The translations under genes and the position numbers were made by a program. From NCBI GenBank assembly GCA_963662275.1, contig OY759316.1, positions 2,976,001-3,040,000 of the forward strand: a DNA stretch of 64,000 bases, given 5' to 3'. Positions 47,934-57,261 of the stretch are shown here, piece by piece. Position 1 is the first letter of the stretch; each line of letters begins with the position of its first letter. This stretch comes from Candidatus Cloacimonadales bacterium. Its GTDB lineage: Bacteria > Cloacimonadota > Cloacimonadia > Cloacimonadales > DAONDQ01. The notes beneath the pieces were generated by a model. The model saw only the letters and a list, made by a program, of their open reading frames with translations. It was not told the DNA's origin and did no database searches.

Positions 47934-50552
47934 ATGAAAGCAATGTTTTTTATCCTATTTTGCCTGATTCTAGTTGTCCCTATGATAGCTACACAGGTTT
48001 CCGGTACCCAAAGCGGAACATGGACAGTTACAGACAACCCGTACATTCTAATCAGTGATGTAACTGTTCCGGCAGGTCAATCCCTGATTTTAAACCCGGG
48101 AGTCATTGTTCAGTCACAGGGGAACTATCAGATCATCGTACAAGGGTTGCTTTCAGCAATAGGTAGCCAAGCGGATACCATTCGCTTCAGTATTACTTCT
48201 GATAATGCGGGTAATATCTGGAAAGGATTGAGATTCGAAAACCTAACGGGAATGAATGAGCTGTCCTTTTGTGATATCCGTTTTGCAGAGAATGGTGCGA
48301 ATATCATTTCAGCACCTGTTAGTATCACGGATTGTCATTTCTACGGTAATACAATTGGAATCAACTGCTCTGGCATCGGGTATCCACAACCAGCCCCAGT
48401 AATAATCACTCGCTGTCTAATAGAATATAGTAAAAATAATGGTATTTTCATTGTAGAAAATCACGAAGTTCTGATCACTGATTGTAATATTTCAAATAAT
48501 GGGGTGGAATCAACTTATCAAGGCGCTATCCAGCTCAGTATTCAATCAAACGGTGCAGATTGCAGCCCAAGGATTCGATCCAATCATATACATCATAACC
48601 GTTGGCAAGGAATCACAGGTTTGGATTCTACTGGACAAGGAATTATGCAGCCCGTCATTTCTGACAATATCATTGAGTATAATTATTCAGGTATTTATCT
48701 GCTGAATGCTGATGGGCAAGTGCTAAATAACCAGATTTGCAACAACTTTATACCTGGTAATATGAATTCCGGTGCTGGTATCATGGTGGGAGGAGCTGCT
48801 TCAGCTCCTTTAATCTATCGAAATACAATCACCGGTAATTATCAGGGTATTTACTTGGCAAACAATGCCAATCCCTGTATTGGTGACCTCACTGAGGATG
48901 TTCTATCGTTTTGGGGACGAAACACAATTAGTAACAATATCGATGCGAATGGCACTCTTCGTAGTATCGTGCTATATCAGTATACAGATTCTTCAATCCT
49001 TGTAAAAGCAGAAAATAACTCATGGGGAACTGAGGATACTTTGGCAATTGCGCAATCCATCACTGATCATGCCGATAACCCGACATTAGGGACTGTAGAT
49101 TTTATGCCCTTGGAAACTCCCGGTCCCCTACAGTCGATTAGCGGTATAATAACACCTATTGAAGGTATGTTGGGTTGCCAGATTGTCGCAGTACCAGTCA
49201 ATGATCCAACGAATATTATTACCACCCAAATGAACGTTGATCATACATATCAAATACCTCTTGAAAGCCCTGGAGTATATTATGTGACTGCGTATGGAAA
49301 TAGGTTTGAAGATATTATACCTTCCATGTGTGGAACTTATGGGAATATCTTTGATCCTCAAGCAGTTGAAATTTGGTTATTGGATCATGCCCAGAATATT
49401 GATATTACAATGCACCCTTTTCCAGCTTATATGTTTAGCAGGATGGGAGCTTCCTTTCAACAGGATAATCTAACAGTTTTTCCATTCTTACAAGGAATTT
49501 TCGTCACTCCTAACCCCATTGTAATGAACTTATTTGAAGACAACACCACATCAAATATTCTAATTCATTCCTTTACGGATAGTTCAAGCAATCCACCAAA
49601 TACTATCACACTGACATCAAATAATGTTTTAATACCCAAGGATAATATTGAGATTGGAGATTCATGGGCTTCAAGCAGGATGATCAGTAATAATGAAGAA
49701 AGTGTCTATGAACTCATAAATGTCAACTGCACTGTGACCGGCGCAGAGAATATCTTATTCAATGATGTTAGTTATCAGACTTGGATCATTGAAACTCGAA
49801 CGCAGGAGAACGCACTCTTCAGCACGGAATGGTATGCTTTTAACCTCGGAGTAATGCGTGCAAAGTTTTATCATGGACCTTTCATTGTTTATAAAATGAA
49901 CCTGCAAAGTGGACTTACAATTTCTAATGACTCTTACATGCCTCTTATAGAAGGGAATAAGTGGTTCTATCAGTATACCATGCCTATTGTTCCAAACGAA
50001 TTAACCTATATGCCTGGTGATGCAACAAACTTCTTTTCCTGGGAACCACCAACTCAGGGTGAGGTACCTTGGACACACTATAAGTTCTATGAAGATGATG
50101 TGATGCTTGCACAATTGCCGATAACACAAACTAATTATGGTGTACTGCAGGATTTCTATCATACGCATCGTTATTATGTTACTGCTTGGAGAGAAGGTTG
50201 GGAATCCAGTCCAAGTAATATTGTCACAATTGAAGGTGTACCCAATTCAGATGACACTGAAACTCCAATCTTATCCAAGTTATCAATATATCCGAATCCA
50301 TGCAATTTGTCTTCAACGAATATGAACATTAAGTTCAACATGCAGAAAACAGAACCAGCAACCATGACGATTTATAATATACGTGGTCAGAAAGTCAGAA
50401 CACTTCATTTCAATTCTTTAGCCAAGGGTTCACAGACGATTACCTGGGACGGCAGGAATGATGATCATAAACAAGTTGTTGATGGTGTGTATCTTGTGAA
50501 GATGGATTTGAATAAAAAGTCAATTACACAGAAGGTGGTGTTGATTAAGTAG
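47934..50552 (+). CDS. Secreted beta-helix protein with FlgD/Por-tail-like CTD (tandem paralog 2)
   Basis: Colinear with 45296-47911 over the full length. Confidence 0.85.
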   Translation: MKAMFFILFCLILVVPMIATQVSGTQSGTWTVTDNPYILISDVTVPAGQSLILNPGVIVQSQGNYQIIVQGLLSAIGSQADTIRFSITSDNAGNIWKGLRFENLTGMNELSFCDIRFAENGANIISAPVSITDCHFYGNTIGINCSGIGYPQPAPVIITRCLIEYSKNNGIFIVENHEVLITDCNISNNGVESTYQGAIQLSIQSNGADCSPRIRSNHIHHNRWQGITGLDSTGQGIMQPVISDNIIEYNYSGIYLLNADGQVLNNQICNNFIPGNMNSGAGIMVGGAASAPLIYRNTITGNYQGIYLANNANPCIGDLTEDVLSFWGRNTISNNIDANGTLRSIVLYQYTDSSILVKAENNSWGTEDTLAIAQSITDHADNPTLGTVDFMPLETPGPLQSISGIITPIEGMLGCQIVAVPVNDPTNIITTQMNVDHTYQIPLESPGVYYVTAYGNRFEDIIPSMCGTYGNIFDPQAVEIWLLDHAQNIDITMHPFPAYMFSRMGASFQQDNLTVFPFLQGIFVTPNPIVMNLFEDNTTSNILIHSFTDSSSNPPNTITLTSNNVLIPKDNIEIGDSWASSRMISNNEESVYELINVNCTVTGAENILFNDVSYQTWIIETRTQENALFSTEWYAFNLGVMRAKFYHGPFIVYKMNLQSGLTISNDSYMPLIEGNKWFYQYTMPIVPNELTYMPGDATNFFSWEPPTQGEVPWTHYKFYEDDVMLAQLPITQTNYGVLQDFYHTHRYYVTAWREGWESSPSNIVTIEGVPNSDDTETPILSKLSIYPNPCNLSSTNMNIKFNMQKTEPATMTIYNIRGQKVRTLHFNSLAKGSQTITWDGRNDDHKQVVDGVYLVKMDLNKKSITQKVVLIK

Positions 50553-50555
50553 ATT

Positions 50556-51076
50556 CGTAGGGGTCCGCGTCAGCAGACCCGTTATCAATTAAAGCTCGTT
50601 AGGTCTGAATCGTAGGGGTCAGCGTCAGCAGACCCGTTATCAATTAAAGCTCGTTAGGTCTGAATCGTAGGGGTCCGCGTCAGCAGACCCGTTAAAAATT
50701 AAAGCTCGTAGGTCTGAATCGTAGGGGTCAGCGTCAGCAGACCCGTTATCAATTAAAGCTCGTTAGGTCTGAATCGTAGGGGTCCGCGTCAGCAGACCCG
50801 TTATCAATTAAAGCTCGTTAGGTCTGAATCGTAGGGGTCAGCGTCAGCAGACCCGTTATCAATTAAAGCTCGTTAGGTCTGAATCGTAGGGGTCCGTGTC
50901 AGCAGACCCGTTATCAATTAAAGCTCGTTAGGTCTGAATCGTAGGGGTCAGCGTCAGCAGACCCGTTATCAATTAAAGCTCGTTAGGTCTGAATCGTAGG
51001 GGTCAGCGTCAGCAGACCCGTTATCAATTAAAGCTCGTTAGGTCTGAATCGTAGGGGGCTGCGTCAGAAGACCCGA
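50556..51076 (+). repeat. Tandem REP array: nine ~55-bp units plus a tenth degenerate REP
   Basis: Units start at 50556, 50611, 50666, 50720, 50775, 50830, 50885, 50940, 50995, 51050. Each is CGTAG-GGGTC(C/A)GCGTCAGCAGACCC plus a constant linker. Confidence 0.95.
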
Positions 51077-51101
51077 TTTCTTTTACCATTTGCACTCTTT
51101 T

Positions 51102-51129
51102 AACGGGTCTGCTGACGCGGACCCCTACG
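51102..51129 (-). repeat. Inverted REP copy upstream of RAYT
   Basis: AACGGGTCTGCTGACGCGGACCCCTACG is the reverse complement of the array REP. Confidence 0.9.
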
Positions 51130-51156
51130 CTGCAACAACTTTTATGGAGGGTTGAC

Positions 51157-51684
51157 GTGAGTTATGATTATTATAGTAATCGACATTCAGTTCGTTTACG
51201 AGGTTATGATTATGCTCAAAATGGTGCATATTATGTGACTATTTGTGCATATGAGAAGCAAAAACTTTTTGGTGAAATCCGCAACAACATTATGAATGTT
51301 AACGATCTTGGGGCTATATTAGAAGAAGAATGGTACAAAGTAGCTCAAATAAGAAATTATATGATTTTGGATGATTACATCGTGATGCCTAATCACTTTC
51401 ATGGAATCTTTTTCATTAGCAATGATAGTAATATCCAACTGCCTTATCATGAAGATGACAAACCTATACTATATCAAAATTCATTGGGTTCTATAATTGG
51501 AGGTTTTAAAGCGGCAGTTACCAGACATTGTAGAATCATATTAAATAGTCCAAAACAAGAGATCTGGCAACGTAGTTTCTATGATCATATTATACGTAAT
51601 GAAGATGATTTGAACCATTGCAGAGAATATATTATACAAAATCCAGCCAATTGGAATAAAGACGAAATGTTCATGAAATCGTAG
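51157..51684 (+). CDS. REP-associated tyrosine transposase (RAYT, Y1 HUH)
   Basis: RHSVRLRGYDY..GAYYVTIC, HUH motif MPNHFHGI, WQRSFYDHIIR, catalytic Tyr in EYIIQNP; GTG after GGAGG; flanked by GTAG REPs. Confidence 0.93.
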   Translation: MSYDYYSNRHSVRLRGYDYAQNGAYYVTICAYEKQKLFGEIRNNIMNVNDLGAILEEEWYKVAQIRNYMILDDYIVMPNHFHGIFFISNDSNIQLPYHEDDKPILYQNSLGSIIGGFKAAVTRHCRIILNSPKQEIWQRSFYDHIIRNEDDLNHCREYIIQNPANWNKDEMFMKS

Positions 51685-51759
51685 GGGTTCGCATCAGCAG
51701 ACCCGTTCCACGAGTATAAATGGCAAAAGAAATCGGGTCTGCTGACGCGGACTCCTACG
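51680..51759. repeat. Inverted REP doublet (REPIN-like) downstream of RAYT
   Basis: CGTAGGGGTTCGCATCAGCAGACCCG (51680-51705) and inverted copy 51734-51759; the GTAG supplies the RAYT TAG stop. Confidence 0.9.
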
Positions 51760-51768
51760 AAGCAATGT

Positions 51769-52566
51769 TTACAATTTGTAAAACTCTGTTCTTCTATCTG
51801 CAAAAGCGTCATTGTACTTTGTAACCTGTTTATCCAATGCAATACTAGGATCTATTTCTATAATTACATGTTCTTCTTTATCTTCTGAAAGACGAGTCAA
51901 TATCTCGCCTTTTGTAGATATCACCTGGCTCATACCCGTAAAATACATTTCTTTCACACCATTTACTTCTTTTCCTATACGATTGCAGGTGATGCTGAAC
52001 ACCCTATTTTCAAGAGAACGTGTTAACATCGATTGCTGGCACCAAGGCAGAACAAGATTGGAAGGATGGCAGATGATCTGTGCTCCCTTCAAGGCAAGTG
52101 TTCGGGCTGCTTCGGGGAATTGCCAGTCAAAACAAATCATGAGTCCTACTTTCACTCCATTCTTAGCTTCGAAGATGGGAAAGCCGGTATCACCAGGAAG
52201 GAAGAACTGCTTTTCTTCAAAAAAGAGATGTGTCTTTCGATATATATATATCTTCCCATCAGGATTCACTAACATAGCTGAATTGAATACACCATTCAAA
52301 GTCCTTTCCGGAAAGCCAATTACATAGCTCGTATTCTTAACTTTGGAAAACTTCCTCAAGAGAATAGCTGTCTGTCCTGTGAAAGTATCTTCCGCTATAT
52401 CATTGACTTCCTGCTGATTGGCAAAGACATAACCGGAAGTTGCCAATTCAGGCAGTACAACCAAGTCTGCTTCTATCTTTGAAAGCATTTCTTCTATCTT
52501 GTTAAGATTGAAATTCCTGTTATTCAGAATAGGTTGGAATTGGCATACGGCAACACGATAATTCAT
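51769..52566 (-). CDS. Carbon-nitrogen hydrolase (nitrilase superfamily)
   Basis: Glu-Lys-Cys triad: VVLPEL, YRKTHL, ICFDWQFPE; start MNYRVAVCQ after AGGAGA. Confidence 0.92.
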   Translation of the reverse strand: MNYRVAVCQFQPILNNRNFNLNKIEEMLSKIEADLVVLPELATSGYVFANQQEVNDIAEDTFTGQTAILLRKFSKVKNTSYVIGFPERTLNGVFNSAMLVNPDGKIYIYRKTHLFFEEKQFFLPGDTGFPIFEAKNGVKVGLMICFDWQFPEAARTLALKGAQIICHPSNLVLPWCQQSMLTRSLENRVFSITCNRIGKEVNGVKEMYFTGMSQVISTKGEILTRLSEDKEEHVIIEIDPSIALDKQVTKYNDAFADRRTEFYKL

Positions 52567-52694
52567 ATTTTCTCCTAAAATTTGTAGCAACAACTTCAGT
52601 CGTTGGAAAAACTGCTTCAGCTGTTTTAGGGTTTTAACCCATTGAAATGGGTAACGGTTTGATAAATCAAACCGTACGTTGACTAAAGTCAACG

Positions 52695-53888
52695 CTACGA
52701 TTTCAATGGCTTTACCACTCTCTCCAATACCCCTTGCAACTTGGATATGGCTAACCCATAATTGGTAATAGGCACACCCCGTCTTTCACATTCGATGATA
52801 CGTCTTCCCATTTCCATCTGGTTGATCATGCAACCGCCACAATGAATAGCGAGAGCAAAGTCCTCCAGGTTATCTGGGAAATCATGTCCTGCAAAGACCT
52901 CAAATTGCAAATCCTTCCCCGTATACTGGCTGATCCAGCGTGGTATCTTGGTTCTTCCGATATCATCTGCCTGCACATGATGAGAGCATGCTTCGGCAAT
53001 CAATACCTTATCTCCGTCTTTAAGCTTATCCAACATTGCAGCACCAGCAATTAAGGCATCTAATTCCCCTTTATAACGGGCAAAGAGAATGGAAAACGTA
53101 GTTAGCTTAACTGGTTCAGGAACATCTCCGGCAACCTTTAAGACTACCTGCGAATCTGTGATAACAAGGTCAGGATTCTCTTTCAAGGACTCCAGGGCTG
53201 CTTCCAGTTCACGTTCCTTGACAGTTGTAACGATCACATCATTATCTAAAAGCTCTCTGATCACCTGTACCTGGGGAAGTATTAATCTGCCTTTCGGAGC
53301 AGCAAGATCGATAGGAACGACAAGTACTACCCTGTCCCCCGCTTTCACAAGATCGCCGACCAGCACTCTTTCCTTCATCAGTTCCTTAGGAGCCAGATTC
53401 ATGAGAAGTTCTTTACATTCCCGGATACTATCACCTGTTTTAGCTGAAACACTGATGAAGGTGATGCCGTGTTCCCGGCAGAAAGCTATCTCTTCTGATT
53501 CAGCTGAACGTATATCTGATTTATTGAAGATAACGAGTATCGGTATTTTGAGTTGCTGTATCTGGTTGATGAAATCCTTTTCATAGGTTCCCAATCCCTG
53601 TTCACCAATCACAACAAGGGCTATATCCGTACGATACAGTACTTTCCTTGTTCCTTTGATGCGCATGTCACCAAGCTCACCCGTGTCATCGATACCGGCA
53701 GTATCATAGAATGTAACGGGACCTAAGGGAAGCAGTTCATAGTGTTTATCAACAGGGTCTGTTGTTGTCCCCGGCACATCAGAAACGATGGCAATATCCT
53801 GTCCTGTGAGAGCATTGATCAAAGAGGATTTCCCTGCGTTGCGTCTGCCAACCAGGGCTAATATGAGTCTTTCTCCGCGTGGTGTCAT
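52695..53888 (-). CDS. hydF: [FeFe]-hydrogenase maturation GTPase HydF
   Basis: GRRNAGKSS, GTTTDPV, DTAG, NKSD, APKGRLILPQVQ, EACSHH and HCGGCM cluster motifs. Confidence 0.96.
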   Translation of the reverse strand: MTPRGERLILALVGRRNAGKSSLINALTGQDIAIVSDVPGTTTDPVDKHYELLPLGPVTFYDTAGIDDTGELGDMRIKGTRKVLYRTDIALVVIGEQGLGTYEKDFINQIQQLKIPILVIFNKSDIRSAESEEIAFCREHGITFISVSAKTGDSIRECKELLMNLAPKELMKERVLVGDLVKAGDRVVLVVPIDLAAPKGRLILPQVQVIRELLDNDVIVTTVKERELEAALESLKENPDLVITDSQVVLKVAGDVPEPVKLTTFSILFARYKGELDALIAGAAMLDKLKDGDKVLIAEACSHHVQADDIGRTKIPRWISQYTGKDLQFEVFAGHDFPDNLEDFALAIHCGGCMINQMEMGRRIIECERRGVPITNYGLAISKLQGVLERVVKPLKS

Positions 53889-55297
53889 TTACTTTCCTTT
53901 TTTATATCATCTTCGGTAAAACCGAGCTTGCGCATGTGCTTTGCAGAAAGGTGTTTCTCAAGTTCTGTCTTCGACATCACACCCTTTTCAATGACCAAAT
54001 CGCTGAATGAACGATTCGTTTTCAAAGCTTCATGAAGTATCTCTTCCACTTTGTGATAACCGATAATGGGAACAAGCACTGTAGCTAAAGTCTTACTATT
54101 CAATACCAGTTCCTTGCACTTTTCTTCATTGGCAGTCATACCTTTCAGGCATTTCTCACGAAGAATGGTAGTGGCATTCACCAATAGATGAAGTGTCTCC
54201 AACATGGTAAAAGCAATTAACGGAAAATACTGGTTCAGTTCAAGCTGCCCCATTCCGCAGGCTATTGTTATGAGGTTATCATTGGAAATGACACGTAATG
54301 CCACCTGCCCTATCGCTTCCGGTATCACAGGATTGATCTTACCCGGCATGATGGTGGAACCTGCCTGCATTTCAGGAAGACGAATCTCTGAAATACCTCC
54401 ATCCGGTCCCATGTTCATCAGTCGCAAGTCATTTGATATCTTCAATAGGTTGGAAGCATAAGTTTTAAGCATACCTGAGATTTCCACAAAAGGGTCGAGA
54501 TTCTGGGTGGCATCGACGAGGTTTTCACTGCGGGAAATACTCAATCCAGTTAAGGAACGAAGCACTTCTCCCACTTTAAAGATATATTCTCTCGGTGCAC
54601 CGAGACCAGTACCGATCGCAGTTCCACCGAGATTGATGACTTTTATCCTTTCCCTGCATTTGAAGATACGCCAGCGGTCACGAGCAATGGCTTCCGCATA
54701 AGCACCGAATTCCATGCCAAGTGTTAAGGGAACTGCATCCATCAGCTCTGTGCGTCCCAACTTCACGACATGTCCAAATTCCTGTTCCTTAGCCTGGAAC
54801 TCTTCCTGTAACCAGGATATCTCTCTTTCCAAATCTTTAAGATAGAATAAGACAGCCACTTTCAAAGCTGTTGGATAGACATCATTCGTTGATTGGTGCA
54901 TATTCACATGTTCAAGAGGAAGCACAGGATCATTGGAACCAAATGTATCATCCAATTTGCGATCTGCAATAAAGGCGATGACTTCATTAAAATTCATGTT
55001 TGTGGAAGTACCTGCACCACCCTGGAAAGGATCGACCACAAACTGGTCATGATGCTCACCTTCGATGATTTCATCACATACTTGGATGATGGCTCTTGCA
55101 GTTTTTTCTTCGAGATAGCCCAGGTCAGAGTTCACCTGCGCTGCTGCTTTTTTCACATAGGCAAAAGACTTTATGAAATATGGTTGCATCTTATAGCCTG
55201 ATAATGGGAAGTTGTTGATCGCACGCTGGGTTTGCACACCCCACGCTGCATCTTCCATGATCTCGATCGTTCCCAATCCGTCTGTTTCTAATCTCAT
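53885..55297 (-). CDS. aspA: Aspartate ammonia-lyase (fumarase/aspartase family)
   Basis: QGGAGTSTNMN, QSTNDVYPTA, GSTIMPGKINP signature. Confidence 0.88.
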   Translation of the reverse strand: MRLETDGLGTIEIMEDAAWGVQTQRAINNFPLSGYKMQPYFIKSFAYVKKAAAQVNSDLGYLEEKTARAIIQVCDEIIEGEHHDQFVVDPFQGGAGTSTNMNFNEVIAFIADRKLDDTFGSNDPVLPLEHVNMHQSTNDVYPTALKVAVLFYLKDLEREISWLQEEFQAKEQEFGHVVKLGRTELMDAVPLTLGMEFGAYAEAIARDRWRIFKCRERIKVINLGGTAIGTGLGAPREYIFKVGEVLRSLTGLSISRSENLVDATQNLDPFVEISGMLKTYASNLLKISNDLRLMNMGPDGGISEIRLPEMQAGSTIMPGKINPVIPEAIGQVALRVISNDNLITIACGMGQLELNQYFPLIAFTMLETLHLLVNATTILREKCLKGMTANEEKCKELVLNSKTLATVLVPIIGYHKVEEILHEALKTNRSFSDLVIEKGVMSKTELEKHLSAKHMRKLGFTEDDIKKESK

Positions 55298-56478
55298 CCC
55301 TTCCTCCGTAACAGTCTGTCTTTCCGTTTATTCCAATCTATCAGCACTTTCTCATTTTCATTTGAATCATTTTCCAGATAATATAATGCCTTTTCCACCC
55401 ATTTCAAAGCTTCACCGGCATTCTTTCCCGTGTGTTCAGCGAATATCGCCAATTCGCGAATAGCAAACAACTCACCTTTCTCGGCAGCTTCTTCCCATAG
55501 TTTCAGGGCTTTTTCCAACTGCTGTTCCTTTTTGAAAAGAAAGGAAAGCTGCTTCAGTACAGCGGTATTATCAGTGGAAAGCATAGTCTCGTAGATGTCA
55601 ATCGCCGTCTGTGTCTCCCCCATTTCCTCATAAAGACGACCAACAGCAAAAAGATCAAACTCTGTATGAGTTTGACGTGAATGTGGCACTTCCAGTTCAT
55701 CAGAAATGAGATGCAGCAGCACGGGCATACTGAGGATATCACTGCGGTTATGATTAAAGATATTCACGATCTCTTCGGCATTGTGCGTATCCAGGTAATG
55801 GAAATATACTTGTGGTATATGACCACCCCATATATCCTGGGAAGAGTCGCGCATACTACCTAAAATGTAGTACTCGAGACTTTCCAGGGCACAGCTTTCC
55901 AACTGGTGTTTCCACAACCTTCTTGCTAACGGAAGTAAATCTAGATGCGGAATCCGCTTCCAGGAGAAGTCCACTCCCTGCAGGATGCATCGTGTTTCCA
56001 AAAGATTCGTATCGAATGACTTACCATTGAAGGAAACAATGATTTGAAACTTCCTTGCCCTTTCCACAACCTGTTCCAGCATACCTTTTTCATATCCAAG
56101 ATTGGAAAGAAAATACTGCTCGATAACTACTGAGTTCTCTCGAATGAAACCCATGCCCACCATGAAGACATACGTACCTGTACCCCCTGAAAGACCAGTG
56201 GTCTCAGTATCGAGAAAGAGCATCTCTTCGGGTGTGAAATCTATATCCTTGAGCTTAGCCCATTTCCGTATCAGATCATGAACGGCAGGACTTTGCACTT
56301 TATGCTTACCAACCTCAAAGCCAAAAGGAAAGGAAATCGATGCCTTGAAGACTGAACCATATTGAGTTTCTATCAGTTCACCTTCCATCATATCCCAGAT
56401 ATCATTGCCCGTTTCCTTGGGCTTTTGTACCTTCTGCTCTTTCGGATAGCTGCGTTTCAGGATATCAAGATCATTCAT
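55294..56478 (-). CDS. YprB/MrfB-like RNase H-fold (DEDD) exonuclease with TPR tail
   Basis: FLDTETTGLSGGTG, SFNGKSFD, HLDLL, HNRSDI; downstream of a DUF1998 helicase. Confidence 0.88.
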   Translation of the reverse strand: MNDLDILKRSYPKEQKVQKPKETGNDIWDMMEGELIETQYGSVFKASISFPFGFEVGKHKVQSPAVHDLIRKWAKLKDIDFTPEEMLFLDTETTGLSGGTGTYVFMVGMGFIRENSVVIEQYFLSNLGYEKGMLEQVVERARKFQIIVSFNGKSFDTNLLETRCILQGVDFSWKRIPHLDLLPLARRLWKHQLESCALESLEYYILGSMRDSSQDIWGGHIPQVYFHYLDTHNAEEIVNIFNHNRSDILSMPVLLHLISDELEVPHSRQTHTEFDLFAVGRLYEEMGETQTAIDIYETMLSTDNTAVLKQLSFLFKKEQQLEKALKLWEEAAEKGELFAIRELAIFAEHTGKNAGEALKWVEKALYYLENDSNENEKVLIDWNKRKDRLLRRKG

Positions 56479-56492
56479 ATTTCAATTGCTCC

Positions 56493-56540
56493 TATTCCTC
56501 CCTTATGCTAAGGGAGGTGGCATTTATGCCGGAGAGTTAG
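56493..56540. repeat. 48-bp direct repeat (left copy) containing hairpin CCTCCCTTA-TGC-TAAGGGAGG
   Basis: 47/48 identical to 57214-57261. Confidence 0.92.
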
Positions 56541-56566
56541 ATATCTATACGTTTTAACAAATATCT

Positions 56567-56953
56567 TTATCTCTCTTCGGTATTCATCACATTTTCTGGT
56601 TCTTCAATAACACATCGAATATATTCCATAACACCATCTATATTCGTGAGCACATTATAATTTGTTAACCTTAATACTCGTATATCATGCTCTTGAAAAA
56701 ATAATGTTCTTTTCCGATCGTATTCTGCATTCTCTTTTTCAAAGTGCTGACTTCCATCAACTTCTATTATTAACAATTTATCCGGACAATAAAAATCAGC
56801 GATATAGTTACCGAAACCGCTCTGTCTATAGAATTTTAGCCCCAACAATCTTTTATTTCTCAATCGTGACCATAGCTTGCGCTCAGCTACAGTTTGCTCT
56901 TTCCGGAGTTCAAGCCTTTTGTCTTTGGTTGAGTACAAATTAATTAATTTCAT
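56567..56953 (-). CDS. DUF559 (Vsr-like) endonuclease domain protein
   Basis: LRKEQTVAERKLWSRLR, KFYRQ, YIADFYC, IIEVDGSQH, YDRKRT, VLRLTN; AGGAGGGAG RBS. Confidence 0.9.
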   Translation of the reverse strand: MKLINLYSTKDKRLELRKEQTVAERKLWSRLRNKRLLGLKFYRQSGFGNYIADFYCPDKLLIIEVDGSQHFEKENAEYDRKRTLFFQEHDIRVLRLTNYNVLTNIDGVMEYIRCVIEEPENVMNTEER

Positions 56954-56979
56954 TTACTCCCTCCTATTATTTTAACCTC

Positions 56980-57261
56980 CTAACTCTCCACCCTGAAGGG
57001 TACCTCCCTTAGCATAAGGGAGGTGGCTTTTGTACCCGTCTTATTCCTCCCTTATGCTAAGGGAGGTGGCATTTTGCTCCGTCCAATTCCTCCCTTATGC
57101 TATGGGAGGTGGCATTTTGCTCCGTCCAATTCCTCCCTTATGCTATGGGAGGTGGCATTTTGCTCCGTCCAATTCCTCCCTTATGCTATGGGAGGTGGCA
57201 TTTTGCTCCGTCTTATTCCTCCCTTATGCTAAGGGAGGTGGCATTGATGCCGGAGAGTTAG
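56980..57261. repeat. Hairpin array with 43-bp period upstream of the DUF559 gene
   Basis: CCTCCCTTA...GGGAGG hairpins start at 57003, 57046, 57089, 57132, 57175 and 57218. Confidence 0.93.

Noticed and set aside
50556..51076. CRISPR array
   Set aside because: The would-be spacers are identical, there are no cas genes, and the unit is a GTAG REP flanking a RAYT.
52567..52692. N-terminal extension of the nitrilase ORF
   Set aside because: Region consists of hairpin repeats; RBS and family homology begin at 52566.
57003..57238. CRISPR array at the 43-bp repeat
   Set aside because: Intervening 22-nt segments are near-identical; it is a tandem repeat.
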